Shown: positions 41,676 to 55,687 of the stretch, piece after piece
Layout of the letters: each line of letters starts with the position of its first letter
Position numbering within the stretch: the stretch's first letter is position 1
DNA from: the human T2T-CHM13v2.0 reference genome, Homo sapiens
Reading direction: 5' to 3' (one strand)
DNA: 64,000 bases
Assembly (NCBI RefSeq): GCF_009914755.1
Contig: NC_060926.1
Notes under the pieces: generated by a model
Database searches by the model: none
Told to the model about the DNA's origin: nothing
What the model saw: the letters and a program-made list of their open reading frames with translations, nothing else
Position numbers and translations under genes: made by a program

Positions 41676-42584
41676 TGTGCATTTTTCCTTGGTTTTACTA
41701 TCTAGGGGCCTTTCCTGTTTCCTGAGTCTGTAGCTCTCCCTATTCCTCTTATACCTTCTTCACTGTTCTATGATTCCCTCTTTCATCAAATAGTCAGTGC
41801 TTAGAATACATCCACAATTTGTTTTAAAAGTGTCTCTGCCATTCAATAGCTGGGCAATCTTGAGAAAGTTCCTTAATTTCTCAGCCTACTGTGTTTTCTT
41901 TTGTAGGAATCTGTTTTCTTGTAAGGATCAAATGATATATTAATGTGAAAATGCTTTAAAGTATGCAAGTAGCTTGAAGTGTGAGTGCTAGAAAGGAAAA
42001 GATCATCCTCTTATTTCTTTTTTTAAACAGAAGTTATATTTTCTGTTAGAATAGATTTGTTTTTGAAAACTAGAAAAGCAGAAAGAAGAAAAAAATCTGT
42101 ATTTCTTCTGTTGAAAGATAAATATTGTTAACATTTTGTTATATTTTAATATATTTTCCTATGCATTTTATTATATTGTCATAAAATAGAAATGTAATAC
42201 GGTATTGATGTGCCTTGTTTTAATTTTTGCATACTGCTAGCATACCAAATCTAAAACATAATTTAAACAATTATTCTTTCAGTCATGATTGTCAATCTCT
42301 CTTTTTATGTATTACACAAGCATATGTATATATACACACACCCGCATAGGCACATGTGGAATGCATGTGTGTATATCACAAAGAGGATAGATAATTATTT
42401 TACTTGTGCTACAATGTGTTTTTTTTCTGCATGATTTATGTGTTGCTTTGTTTGCCTTTCAGTGTAATATAATGCACAACTTTTGTTTTATACTTGTGGA
42501 TGGTGAAGAGTTTTACTCTTAGATACTAAAAACTATCATAAAGATAGCCATGTTTACCTTTCATCTCATCATCAAATCAGATAC

Positions 42585-42695
42585 CATATATTATATCATA
42601 TACTATAGTATATGTAATTTATAATATATCTTATATATGATATATAACATATATGATATATATAATATGTGATTTATGTTATAAATCATATATGA
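42585..42695. repeat. AT-rich low-complexity tract
   Basis: Degenerate (TA/ATA)n sequence. Confidence 0.75.
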
Positions 42696-43189
42696 AAAAT
42701 TGCTTTATAAACAATCAAAATATTCTTCTCCCCAGTATGTTATTTGTTCATATACTTTGATTGTAGGAAGGAAAGATAGTTGTGAAAATTTGAGGTTGAG
42801 GAGGAAAAGTTAACAAAACTCCCAGCTTTAAGAACACAGAAATTTGAAACTCCCATGGATTATTATAATCTGAAACCAATAGTAAATAAAGCTTATTTAT
42901 AGAGTGATATTGATTTTTAGTGTTAAGGTGATCAAAACAGATGGAAATACACATACATTGAAATAATTTTAATGTAGTTATTCTAACATCTTGCATTTAC
43001 AGTTATTTAAAGGCAGTTTTTAAGACTTAAATTATGGTGTAGTTTTTGCCAACTACTCTAATCCATTACTAACTAACTGTATAATAGCTATATTAAAACT
43101 TAGAGCAAAAGAAAAATGGAAAACAATGTTTGAGAAAAATGCAAAACCAAACCAAAAAACACCCTAGAGAAGCAGAACAATATAAAATT

Positions 43190-43191
<2 letters not shown>

Positions 43192-43231
<40 letters not shown>
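43192..43231. repeat. (AC)n microsatellite
   Basis: 20 perfect AC units. Confidence 0.98.
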
Positions 43232-43234
<3 letters not shown>

Positions 43235-43379
43235 AGTTCATAAGAGATATTGTGGTAAAGAAAAGTTATGATGCTAGAATTGAGGCAAATAGTATCCATG
43301 GAGATGCGCATTAGCCAAATTGAATCAGCCTTAAATTTGGATAGTTCAGCTGAGCTTTCAATATATTTGATTTTTTTTA

Positions 43380-43720
43380 CTTAAGAAGTACTTACTAAGT
43401 GTCTACTATATGCTAGAATATCTGCTATGGAATTGGAATTTAAAAATAAAAGAATTTGTGAAGTCCTTGCCCTCCAGATCACAGTGTAATTGTGTAGACA
43501 GATACACACATAGATAATGAAAATACGACACTGCAAAAGCAGTGACATGTGTTAGACACAGGTTTTGAGAACATTCGGGAGAAAGAAAACGTAGTACCAC
43601 CTGAGATAGGGTGGGGAGTACAGTTTCTGGGAAGGATTCCTGGGGAGCAGACACCGAATTGTATGACCCTGAGGAGTCAGGTCATGGAGGGTGGAAGAAG
43701 ATGGATAAACCAAACTCCGG
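43380..43720 (-). mobile_element. L2 3' end relic
   Basis: 'acttactaagtgtctactatatgctag...gtccttgccctccagatcacagt'. Confidence 0.55.
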
Positions 43721-45744
43721 AAGCAGCAAGAGCATGGTATGCTAGTTCTGTTGTTGGTGCCTATCTGTGAGGTGGGAAGACCAGATATTCTGAAGGGAGG
43801 GGAATGATTATTTGAGAATTTTAAACCCTCAACTTCCATTTTAGATAGGTTATCCTGCTATCTCTGGGGAGGATGGAGTTGAGGAAAACGATAAAACAGA
43901 CAGAATAGTTATGTTCTATGACATTCTCAAATTTCCTCATGGAAGATCTTTAAAAAAATTAATAGAAAAGTCTAAAAATAACAGTGCTTTTTGTGTGATA
44001 ATTCTACTCGTCTCTGTAGATAGAGAAGCCTATTGGGGAAAAATACAGTAGGTAGATTACTGGGAAAGAAAACAATGAGACTTCTCCCAGCCTCTATATG
44101 CAGTCAGGGGGAATATGGAAGCTATGCTCCTTGGAGACCACATGGGTGAAAACTGCTTAAGGATTATCACTGGAGAATGGCTTCTTCAGAAGCAAAATTC
44201 TGACTTAAGGAACTCATTTAGTGGTCATTAATTAAGTCAGTGTGGCAATCCAATTTTTACTTTTTATCAGACGTCATTTATGTTTCCAATATCCATAATG
44301 AAGAACTAGAAAAGATAAATGTATAGAATGGTGAAATTAAAATAGAAGAGTCTAAGATAATAAATAATTTCTTTCACTGATTGTAAAGAATTATAAGCTA
44401 TTTTACAGCCAAAAATTTAATAAATTGCATAAGAGCAAGTCTGAATTTTGTTAATAATAAAAAGTACAAGACAAATCTAAACTAGAGAAAAAATCCTCAA
44501 AAATGTCAAGTGTTTACCCATCCTTTTTTGTCTTGTCTCCCACACTTCTTCCAGATTGCAAATTAAACTGTGTCTTCCCACTCAGACATAGTTTTTAATC
44601 TCTTGGGAATGAAATGCATACTGTAATTCTTCATGGTTCAACTGTAAGTTAAACAGAGCAGAGTTTAAAATTATAAAAACACTTAACAGGAAATGTCAAA
44701 GTTCCCTCAGCCAGTAACCCAATGAAGATTGTAGTTCATAGCCTTTTCAGGACTACTATTTGTTACTGCTATGGAAATTATATCATTTCTGGGTAGACAG
44801 TATTTGTAAGGCTCCTTGGCCTTTACTTAGCCTGGTTAGTGAGTGTTCTTTGAGAAATCACAGTTGTAAACATGGTCTTAATTTATTTGACACTCTGTTT
44901 TATACTTTTTTTTCCTTCAAGTGTTTTAAGTTATATTCACACATATTAATAAACTAATGGCTGCCTATCTTCCTATCTTGCCCCTGTACTTCTTGTATGT
45001 ATTTTTCTCACCAACTGCTAACTTGGATTCACACTTTATTTTTTATACCAGAGCTCATCAGTTTTACTTCCTATATTCTGCGTGTATTCCTCCTGGCTTA
45101 AGCCCCATAAAACAGCCTGCCCTGCCAAAAACTACGCAGAAAACAATAACATTTCTGTCTGAAATTGCTGCTAGACATGCCATGCTATTAAGGAATGGTA
45201 AATATAAGGAAGCTCATTTCTGGCAAGTTACAATCTCAGCTTAAAAAATATTTCCAAGCATCAGCTTATGCAAAGAATGTTTCAAACTGTCAAATTTATA
45301 TTTTAAACCTTTTTCATCTTCCACAAAAAAGAAGGTATATTTATCAGTCCTACATAGGTACATTGATGTTAGTGCATACATGTTAAAAACTAAATAATCA
45401 TTTTCAAGCTGATCTTAGTCCTTTAAAATTTTGATCTTGAAGAAGTTAGTTCCTCAGTCTCCTTTATTTCGATGTCATGTTTCATTAGACTATGTATTTT
45501 AATCTAGCAGAAACAAGCTAATCAAGTCAAAATACTAAGTTAAACTCGTGTGTTTTAAAAGTGAGTTTCTGAAGGGACCACAAAAAAACATGCTGCTGTT
45601 TCTAAATCAAATGTTTATAATCCATAAAATATGAGGGTTAGGACTATTTATTAAAGCTTTATCTTTGTCACTTTAACACAAAAACAGAAAAATTTAAACT
45701 GTGTAAGTATATATGAGGGTTATTATTAACTCCACATGTATCAG

Positions 45745-45935
45745 AGTTTAGGTTTGGCCCTTAATAACTACACTATTTTGGGTACTTTTCTTAATTTCCC
45801 TAAGTTTTAGTCTTCAACCTTATAATGGGAAAAATAACACTGTCTTGGGTTTTTTTGTGAGAATGAAATAAGGGACATATACAAAATTCTTAGTGAGGTA
45901 GCTGGCACTTGGTAAGCATACAGTAAATGGTAGCT
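45745..45935 (+). mobile_element. MIR SINE
   Basis: 'cttaatttccctaag...taatgggaaaataacac...gtgagaatgaaataag...tggcacttggtaagc...taaatggtagct'. Confidence 0.7.
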
Positions 45936-47330
45936 AGAAGACCAAGGAAAGAGGGGGCAATATTTAGCAGCAGGAGAGAGGGTGCAATATTCAGCAGCAG
46001 TAGGAGGCTTCGTAAGTGTGGAGATATTCACTGGCATGGTCCTAATTCTAGTGATCACATTGAACTACTTTGTTATATATAATTTGAGTTTTAGAAGCAA
46101 AGCATGGATTACAAAATTCTAAGACAAGGAAAATAATTTGAGGTTCTGAAGTACTGAGGTGGGTTTTTTTTAAAATAACTCAGGGTAGTAGGATGTAAGA
46201 GAAAGAAAATGCCCAATATGTGGGAAGAGTTTCAAACACATCAATCTTACTATGTGGTTTGTGATTACAGAGTTCTTACAGAATGCTTTGTGTGGTGGGA
46301 AAATACTTATTTAAAATCACTCTTCAATTTTAAAGGGTTCATATCAGGGTTAAGACTAGTGAATGTAACGTGAGATGGTTGATGTATAAAACCAACCCCC
46401 AAAGCCAAAGTTCTCCAAACATTATTTGGCTTAGACCCTTTCAGCCAACAATAGAATTCTCCATGTGGCTTGCCTCAGTTCTAGAGTCACTACTCCCACC
46501 AGAAATGCTAATGGCAATTCTCTGAAACAAGTATCACTGAGAAAAAAGTTTTTTCCTTACTTTGATTCTCAAACTTGGAAATCAGTTAGCATTTCTGATT
46601 TCACATCCACATGTTTCAGAAAGGAAAATAGGCTTCAGGAATCTTAGCAAATACTCTAAGCATAAAAAGGGCATTACACACTTAGTTTTTTTCCTCTCAC
46701 TAAGGATTAATAATTGTGGAAAGAAAAAATAAAAGAAAATTTTATCTGGATCAGATTTCTGAAAAGATGATTTTTTTTGGTAAATTTAGGAATGAGAGAG
46801 GTTAAAAGTGGACATAGTAGTCTTCATATTTATTAATATTATCCTCATGTTAAATTTGTCTAAAATAAAGTGCCATATTTACATGATTATTTTATACTAG
46901 GAATTAAAAATAATTTATATAAATTTAAACTTCTATGTATCCACATGAGTGCCAAACAGCTTGCTCTTTTAACATTGCTGTAAAAAACATTCTGAAGTCC
47001 TTTAGCGTATGGTTCTCAAAATATTGAGGCAACCCAAGGCCTTATCTACCTTTCTCCTTAAGGGAAATATTATCAGCTTTCTTGTTGGTAGGAAATTAGC
47101 GGTTAGAAGCATGCCTCACATTCGTGAAACTCAATGACATAACTGTAGCAGATATAAAAAACCTATAGAAGGAGATCTGCAATCCCATAAATGTTATTAT
47201 TAAAATGGGTAGACGAGCAGGTAACCCCCACAATACTGACTGGAGGAGTGGGGAATGCTTTACATTAGTAGTTATAAATCTTTAGTCTTTGAGGTAGATT
47301 AGGGAAAAAATTTTCTATGGAATTCGAGGC

Positions 47331-47380
47331 AGTGGTAAAACAGAAAATAATTTTTAGTGATAAAACAAAAAATAATTTTT
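47331..47380. repeat. Imperfect 25-bp tandem duplication
   Basis: agtggtaaaacagaaaataattttt / agtgataaaacaaaaaataattttt. Confidence 0.7.
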
Positions 47381-47429
47381 AGGTACCTGGCATTCCTGAC
47401 ATGGTATCCACCAGTATGTATTTTGCCTT

Positions 47430-48270
47430 CATTCTCAAATTTCACTAGATATAGAATTCTGGGTTGATAGGTTATTTTCTTTCAACTCTTTAAAGATATT
47501 CTTTCTCTGTGTCTAGCCTCTTCTGTTTCTGATAAGAAATTTGCAGTCATTTGAATTGTTCTTCTTTATAAAATATATCATTTTTATCTAGCTTCTTTTA
47601 ACATGTCTCTGTTTTTATTTCATTTTCAGCAGCTTATTACAACAGATTAGATGTGTGTGCATAAGTGTTTTTTGAGGATATTCTGTTTGTGGTTGGCTTC
47701 TTCAATCTATAAATTTATCTTTTCACCAAATTTCAGGAAATTTTTGCCATTATTTATTCCAATTTTTTATTTCATTCTTTCTCTTTCACTTTTCTGGGAC
47801 TCCAGTTATATCCATGTTATAGCCTTTGATAATACTCCACAAAACACGGAGTCTCACTTTATTTTTTTCTAATTATTTTTCTTTCTGTTTTTCAAAAAAG
47901 ATTGATCTATCTTCAGGTTCACTGACTCTTCTGTCATTTCAGTTTTGCTCTCAGGCTCATTCAGTAAATTTTAAAAATTTCAGGTATTGAATTTTCAGGT
48001 CTAGAATTTCCATTTGGTTCTTATTATACTTTCTATTTTTCTGAGATGTTGTTTTTTTATTCATTTTACATATATTTACATTTATGTTCTTGAGAATGGT
48101 TATAATGACCTTGGCATCATCTCAGAGTGGGCTTTAATTCTGTTCTCTTAATAATGGGTTATATTTTCTTGGGTTTTATTTGGTATATTAAATAGTTTTA
48201 TATTGTAGCATTATCATCATGAATGATTTATTATAGAAACTGTAGTTTATGTTACGTTTATCCTAAGAAC
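47430..48270 (-). mobile_element. Ancient L1M (L1ME-like) 5'/ORF1 fragment
   Basis: 'gatatagaattctgggttgatag...tttctgataagaaatttgcagtcatt...ctttctgggactcc...tctagaatttccatttggttctt'. Confidence 0.75.
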
Positions 48271-48272
48271 AC

Positions 48273-48869
48273 TGTGTTCCCTCAGAAGGACTGACAGAAC
48301 TTACTGACAGCTATTATACTCACGGTTTTGGTTCATTACAGAGAGTAGATTCAGATTATAATTAGTGAAAGTCAGAAACATATACACAGAATCCAAGAGA
48401 AGTACCAAATGTGGAACTTCTGTTGTCCTCTTCCTGCGTAGTCAGGATGCGTGACTCTCCTGCCATTGATGCATGACAATATACATACAGTATAGTCAAC
48501 CAGGGAAGCTTGTCTGAGCCTTGGTGTTCAGAGTTTTTATTGGTGGCTCCATTACGAATTCTCCAACCCTTCTGGGCATGACCTGAAGCCCCAACTCTAC
48601 ATTGTATAATTGGTCTTTACCATGTGGTTATTCCCCACCCTAAATACTATCTGGTATGGCTTCCAACCTAAATCATATTGTTGGACAATCTGGCATGGCC
48701 TAAGGTAAACAAAGACACTTTTATCAGGAAAGACCCTCCAAGATTCTCCTGGCTGAGATTACCTCCTAAAGGCCAGCCCTTCTTGGTGGGCAAGATCAAT
48801 TTCTATTTTTTAACGTATATTTTTTAAAAAATTTAAATTGATACATTAGGCCAAATTCTTTACTATACA
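48273..48869 (-). mobile_element. MER21-like LTR
   Basis: 'gaaggactgacagaact...tatactcacggt...accagggaagct...tggtgttcagagtttttattgg...aaacaaagacact...attctttactataca'. Confidence 0.65.
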
Positions 48870-48917
48870 TAGTTGTTATTAATGTCAGATAAATACATTA
48901 AGATTACTGTTGATACC

Positions 48918-49337
48918 TGTCTTCGTCTGTTTTGTGTTGTTATAAAGGAATAACTGTGGCTGGGTAATTTATAAAGAAAAGAGGCTCATTTGATTCACAG
49001 TTCTGCAGGCTGTACAAAAGAAGCATGACACCAACATCTGCTTCTAGTGAGGAGTTCAGGAAGCTTCCAATCATAGTGGAAGGGGAAAGGGATTTGCATC
49101 ACATCACAAGAGGAAGGAAGCAAGAGAGAGAGAAGGGGAGGAAGGTCTGGGGCACTTTTAAACAATCAGTTCTCAAGGGAACTAAAAGAGCGAGAACTCA
49201 TTACTATAAGAGTGGCACCAAGCCGTTCATGAAGAATCCACCCCCATGACCCAAACACCTTCCACCAGGCCTCCTTCAACATTGGGAGTCAAATTGCAAT
49301 GTGAGATTTGGAGGGGACAATCATCTACACTGTATCA
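48918..49337 (-). mobile_element. MST (MSTB-like) MaLR solo LTR
   Basis: 'ggctgggtaatttataaagaaaagagg...cacagttctgcaggctgtac...aggaagcttccaatcat...gagatttggagggg'; TG...CA ends. Confidence 0.9.
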
Positions 49338-50204
49338 GTAATACTCATCAATGCATCAAGGACATTGAAGGTACTGTGTTCCTGTCACTGCAGAAACTAT
49401 TAGTACTAATGAAGTTGATACTTTATCTTCTTACTAGCCTGTGGAGATTCTTGGGAAGCAGTTCTCTTTGTTTTTCTGTGCTTTCTGATTATTAGCCTTT
49501 TATATAGATTCATGAGCCCAGGGCAGGGGCAATCAACTTAACAGAAAGTCTCTCCTTGGAAGCTGACCTGCTTTTCTTGAAAGAGACATTTACAGCGCTA
49601 CTGTCTCTTCTCTTTCTAATCTGAGAGGCTTCTTAGACACTCAGGCTAGGAGACTGGGTTTCTTCAGGAACCGAGTAGTTATGACTACTCATACTTAAAT
49701 CCGAGAGTGAGCACAACTTAATTGCACCCTGGCATGTGTTCATTAACCACAATTTATACCAACATTGCACATCAGAAGATTAGTGATTCCATCTGGGTCT
49801 TTGTGAGGAAACTTCATTTTTCCCTCACAAGGAACCTGGCCCGTCTGATTTAACAGTTTCAAGGGATGGTTACAAAATATAGTATTACATATTTCATGAT
49901 GGTGTATTGTTCAAAATGTAATAATGTGAACATCATGTATAAGTCATATTTGTTTATTTATAGGTAAACAGAGAAATACTGTAAATATAATATCTCACCC
50001 TACTGTTTAGTTACCTTGGAAGTCTATTGTATTTCAAAATGAAGCAGAATGCATGTTTCTTCATTTTATTCAAAATGAATAATACTGTAAATGCTTTTAT
50101 GAACAAAATTATGTATCTTTCCAATTCTGATAGACTACAAGTAATAGTAAAATGCATTTAAAAACTTGATGATCACATGATTACAAAGGTAAGAGAACAC
50201 GTGT

Positions 50205-50336
50205 CTTTAGGGTGTGGCAAGCAAGGTACCCAGGGTGCACCTTCAGATTCCAACTCTGCACTTGTGCTAGCCTAAGAGTATCTCATTAAATTTTGTTCCC
50301 TGTACACCTTGTCTGCCTGACTCTAGTCCTGACCCC
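50205..50336. mobile_element. Possible MER91-like hAT-Tip100 element
   Basis: Imperfect inverted ends 'tagggtgtggcaagcaaggtacccagggtgca' / 'aaattttgttccctgtacaccttgtctgcctgactcta'. Confidence 0.35.
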
Positions 50337-53300
50337 CAATATATCCTAGTTCTATCATTTGTGGAGTGTGTGACCATGGAAATGCAAGTTACTCTCTCTA
50401 AGCCTCAGTTTCCTCATGAAGAAGTACCGGTAATTTTAATGTAATGGCAGTGTGCAGGGTGAAGGGAACATACAAATAAGAGCCCATTAATGAGATTTGA
50501 AAGTGCCTCAAAACTCACAAAACAGTAGAGGTTAAACTGACCTGAGAAATTTAATTATTTTACTTCCCTGAGGAGAAAATTGACAGTGAGTTGGAAGGTG
50601 CAGGGACTTATCAGACGCTATTCATGTTTTGGGGCAGAACCAAGGTTGGAGATAAGTTTCCAGGATTCTGTTCAAATGCTTTCCACTGTACCACACTTAC
50701 TGCATAGCATAGTGAACTAGGTTGGGGACTCTGGATTTGTAGAGGAAGCAAATGGATTCAGGAAAGTTACAAAGCAATCACTGACTGGTGATCATTGTAA
50801 AGTGATGGCTAAGACGTCACAATAGATAGATGTTTACAATTCAGACCTTTGATGACTAAGAAAATGATGCCATCAACTGAAATAAACCATGAAAATTTGT
50901 AGGAGAGATGGTGAGTTGGCAAAGAATTGGAGTAGAAAAAGCATGCTTCAGCCAGGATGAGAAGGATTTAGATAATCTATAAGGAATAATTTTTTTTGAG
51001 AAAGAAGCCTGCTAGGGGCTTGTAGTGGGATATATAGGCAGACTGGAAAAATTATGATGGTCTTTAAAAATAGGATAGTTTTCTGGGGTGGCTTAAGTAT
51101 AGCATTGCTTATACGCAAGAAGTTGTCTTCAGTGATTTCTCAAAGTCCATCTGAAGCCTGTGGTTCTTTGAAGTTCTTAGATTTAGTGCACTTAGTTTGT
51201 TAAATGGATGTTGGATATGGGACATACAAATATGATGGATTTGAATTGACCTTTTGAATGATGAGCGGAATCAGCTATGCTTTACCAGAGGGGTCACTGT
51301 GGTGTAACCTTTCCAGATCCTATGGGCTGGAGTGCTTTTAAAGACCCAAGCATCTGAAACTTCATCCATGCACTAAGCATATGTAATCGGCATGTCTGCC
51401 AGGGCAGTTACAGACAAGAAAGACTTGTCAGGCGGCAGCGTCTGCACCAGAGAACTGGGAAGCTTCTTGAGTTGACTTTTCATCAGTAAAAGTGGGATGA
51501 TGAGCCTGGCTAAGTTGTCACAACATAGATTCTTGTAGAAAGTGACTCTATAACCTCAAGGTTACATTTAACACCATTTTACTTTTCCGGCTCAATTGGT
51601 CAATAGTCATGCGTTGGCCATTGTTCATTTTCTTCAAGCATGCCTAAGGACTCAAAATAATTTTAAGAGAAACAAATTTTAAAAGATACTGTTACGTTTC
51701 AACTTTTGTTATTGTGAGAGAAATCAGAGTGGCCAAAAATGGTATTTCAAAACCCTGCTTTTGAACTTTCTTAGGCTAGAACCCAGAAAAGCTATTTCTA
51801 CCGTGGTGATATGTGAGTCTTGGTGATTTTGACCAAATACATTTGCTAATTTTAATGGAGTAGTTTATTCATAGCATCTTGATGAGAATTTGGGGACTGC
51901 TTGTCCATTTAGTTATGGTGATGGGCATCACTCACAAAGATAGAATGTGTTCAAAGCTACACTTCTTTCTTTATGGTGCATGGATTTTATTTCAATGACT
52001 ATTATTGAGAGGAATATGGAATGAATATTATTAACATTATTAATTTAGCCAAACTAGAGAAAAATTATTTCTATAGACTTGTAGCAGTGTGATTTCATTA
52101 AAGCATGCATTGAAATTGGGCATTTGGGGATACTGACTGCCCTTGGTGTGTATCTATTTGGATGGAATTGAAAGGGTCTATAGGGATGAAGTTTGATGTG
52201 CTGGATCTTGGGGCCATGGAGGAAGGCGATGCTGAAATGATGGAGACATTATGGGGTCTATGCACAAGCCCAGTCTACAGGGCAAGAGTCAGTATCTTTA
52301 GCTTTGAATGGGCTAAATAAAGAAGAATGCAGAACCATTTTGGAAGGTTTTACAGTTTTGTGAGGAATTGGAGCAGAAATTTTGGTGTACATGTCTCTTA
52401 GTCAAATGAGGGGACGCTGCAAATGAATTAGAAGTGTTCTTACTTTCCCTTGTAACATTAATTAAGTCATATCCCTGTTCTATAGTTGATGTCCATTTCA
52501 TGGAGAAATATGGGATCAAACTGTTGATGAAAAATTATAAAATTTAGTTTTTATCACCACCATGCTTTTAGCAGTAAGAAATAATGTATTTATTATGTAT
52601 TCATTCATCATATGTTTTCAGCTGGATTCTAGAGTATCAGTTGAAGAATCAAGAGAAGCATCAAACGCAAAGGTGAAATTATGGAGGTCTGTTAGCTTTA
52701 CACAGCCTTCTGATCATACTTGAATAATGTTTTAAAAGGTATATCCCATGACAAGAGTGATGCTTAGTTAGAATATGAGCTGTTTTGCACCTACTGTGTT
52801 CTACCTGACATATCACAAATATTTGTGGTTATTGCGCATCCCCTGTAGATATTAGTGTTTGCAATCCCTGATCCAGAAGTATGTTTTCAAGGACCATATA
52901 GAAACATTATATCTTTACATTACATAAACATCACCAGGTCTGACCATGCTTTAAGTCCAAATAAAGTCTCATTAATATTAATACTAATTAATTATGTTTC
53001 TTTTATTCTATATATATGACTATAGAACTTCAGCACCACTTGTTTCTGCATATATCCAGGGACATCTCACATGCATACAAGAAAAAAAAAATCCACTCAT
53101 GTTTTTTACCTTGCTGCCAGAAAGTCTTTGGAGGGAGCAGTCCTACCACAGCTGCTGCAGCTGATGCCCTCGTGGGGAAAGCACCTTCACTGAGACTCCA
53201 TCGCCCTCGAGGGTGGCCACCACTGCTTGGCCACTGCTGTCCAGGCCCCACCAGATATTGTTACTCTCTTTCAGTCCAGAGGTGGGGATATTCCTTTTTC

Positions 53301-54099
53301 CATATTAGTTTTAAACTTATTGCTAGGTGCCAGAGCCCATACTCTTAGAGTTTCACTGGACAGTGGCTTCTTTAGTGCTGAATTTAATTATTCTTCCTCA
53401 TTCATTGCCCAAGCCATCCTTAGAACTGTTTGGCAGAATAACACCAGGCCATGCCATTATTCATCATTTTTTCTCATATCTTTCCTCATGTTCCTCCAAT
53501 CTCCAACTCCCACGTACTTCTTTTTCCTCCTTTTGGTAAAAAAGTGCAAAATCTTGAATACATTTCACCTCACCCAAATAGGCACTCTGAAACATGACTC
53601 TCAGTCCCTTAAGCAGATAATGGAACTCATTTTTGGACTAGCAGGATATACTACTAAATTTGTATCACCTAGTATAGTTAGCAAACTGCATTTATTTTCA
53701 TCTTTTTATGGTTTGTGTACCCATAATCACATCTATATAGGTATACTCACAAGTACAATCTTTGTGAAACCTGTTTCTAAAGTAGGGACTATTCATTTAT
53801 TCTAGTAAGTTCTACTTAAACATTCCTTTCTTGACATCTTTGGTTGATTCATAAAGTTAAGCTAATCTATATTCAATTCTTTACATCCCTTCTATAATAA
53901 ATAAGAGTTACAGAACATAATATTAGTCTTGCCTTGTCATACCTTTTCCCATATTCTCTGAACATGTGAATCTTCTTCAAGACACAGTTCAGGACTCCTG
54001 TCTATGAATCTTTTTTTGATTAGTCATCTCTTGTTTCAGTCATTGCCATCACATTAGTTCAGTTTCAGAAAGGGCTTTTTATGGAACACTGTACCCTGC

Positions 54100-54442
54100 T
54101 TTTTTCTTTTCTTTTCTTTCTTTTTCTTTTCTTTTTTCTTTTTTTTTTTTTTTTTTTTTTTGAGGCAGAGTCTCACTCTGTTGCCCAGGCTGGAGTGCAG
54201 TGGCCCGATCTTCGCTCACTGCAACCTCCGCCTCCCAGTTCAAACAATTCTCCTGCCTCAGCCTCCCAAGTAGCTGGGACTACAGGTGTGTGCCACTACG
54301 CCCAGCTGATTTTTGTATTTTTAGTAGAGACAGGGTTCCACCATGTTGCCCAGGCTTTTTTCGAACTCTTGGGCTCATGTGATCCGCCTGCCTCGGCCTC
54401 ATAACGTGTTGGGATTACAGGCGTGAGCCACTGCACCAGGTC
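54100..54442 (-). mobile_element. Alu (S/J-type) with expanded (CTTTT)n/T tail
   Basis: Full antisense dimer; 'atggaac' on both flanks. Confidence 0.95.
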
Positions 54443-54585
54443 ATGGAACGTTGCTTTCTTGAAAGATGTTAATAAGTGTTCCTTGGCAGGGATGAGGGAA
54501 GAAATTTGTGCCAAACTAAACTTGGGTAATTCTGCTCACTTTTATCTACCTTTCTCAGTGTACATAAACACATTAAAAGTTTTAA

Positions 54586-54965
<380 letters not shown>

Positions 54966-55375
54966 CTAACATTCATATTACATTTGTTATATGTTGCAGC
55001 TTTGTTAAACTGAAATTTCTTAAGAATAAATCAATGTTCTCTATTTCTATCATTAACTCTCCTTGGTACGTGATTCAATATTGTCTATAGATTCACTAAA
55101 CTTACTTATTAGATACTAGACCCAACGCTAGGTCCTGGAGGTTTCAAGATGAATAATTTTTATAAAGATTAATAGACCAAAGAGTAGTTTCAATGAACAG
55201 TATGTTGGTGATAATTAGTATTTGCTGAGTTGTAAATTCCTTGGAATTTGATCTCTAATTCTAATTATTAGAATTTACTCTCTGTTTCTCTGATCTATTT
55301 CAGAATCTGTTGTTTTTTTTTTTCCTGTTGTTGTTATACAATTGTAAAAGGGGTTTTAAAAATACTTGAAAACTG

Positions 55376-55687
55376 GGCCAGGTGTGGCAGCTTACACCTC
55401 TAATACCAGCCAGCACTGTGGAGGGCTGAGGTGGGTGGATCCCTTGAGCCCAGGAGTTAACAATCAGCCTGAGCAATAGTGTGAAACCCCAACTCTACAA
55501 AAAAAAAATGCAAAAAAAAAATTAGTCAGGCTTGGTGGTGCATACCTGTAGTCCCAGCCTCTCAGGAGGCTGAGGTGGAAGGATCACTTCAGTCTGGGAA
55601 GTCAAGACTGCAGTGAGCCATAATCACACCATCGCACTCCAGCCTGGGTGACAGAGTGAGACCCTATCTAAAAAAAAAAAAAGAAAA
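55376..55687 (+). mobile_element. AluJ element
   Basis: J features 'cttgagcccaggag', 'aggatcactt', 'gactgcagtgagccataatc', 'gagaccct'. Confidence 0.92.

Noticed and set aside
53227-53805. Longest ORF in the track (192 aa)
   Set aside because: It starts at TTG rather than ATG, is F/L/S/I-rich as expected from T-rich non-coding DNA, and has no recognisable homology.
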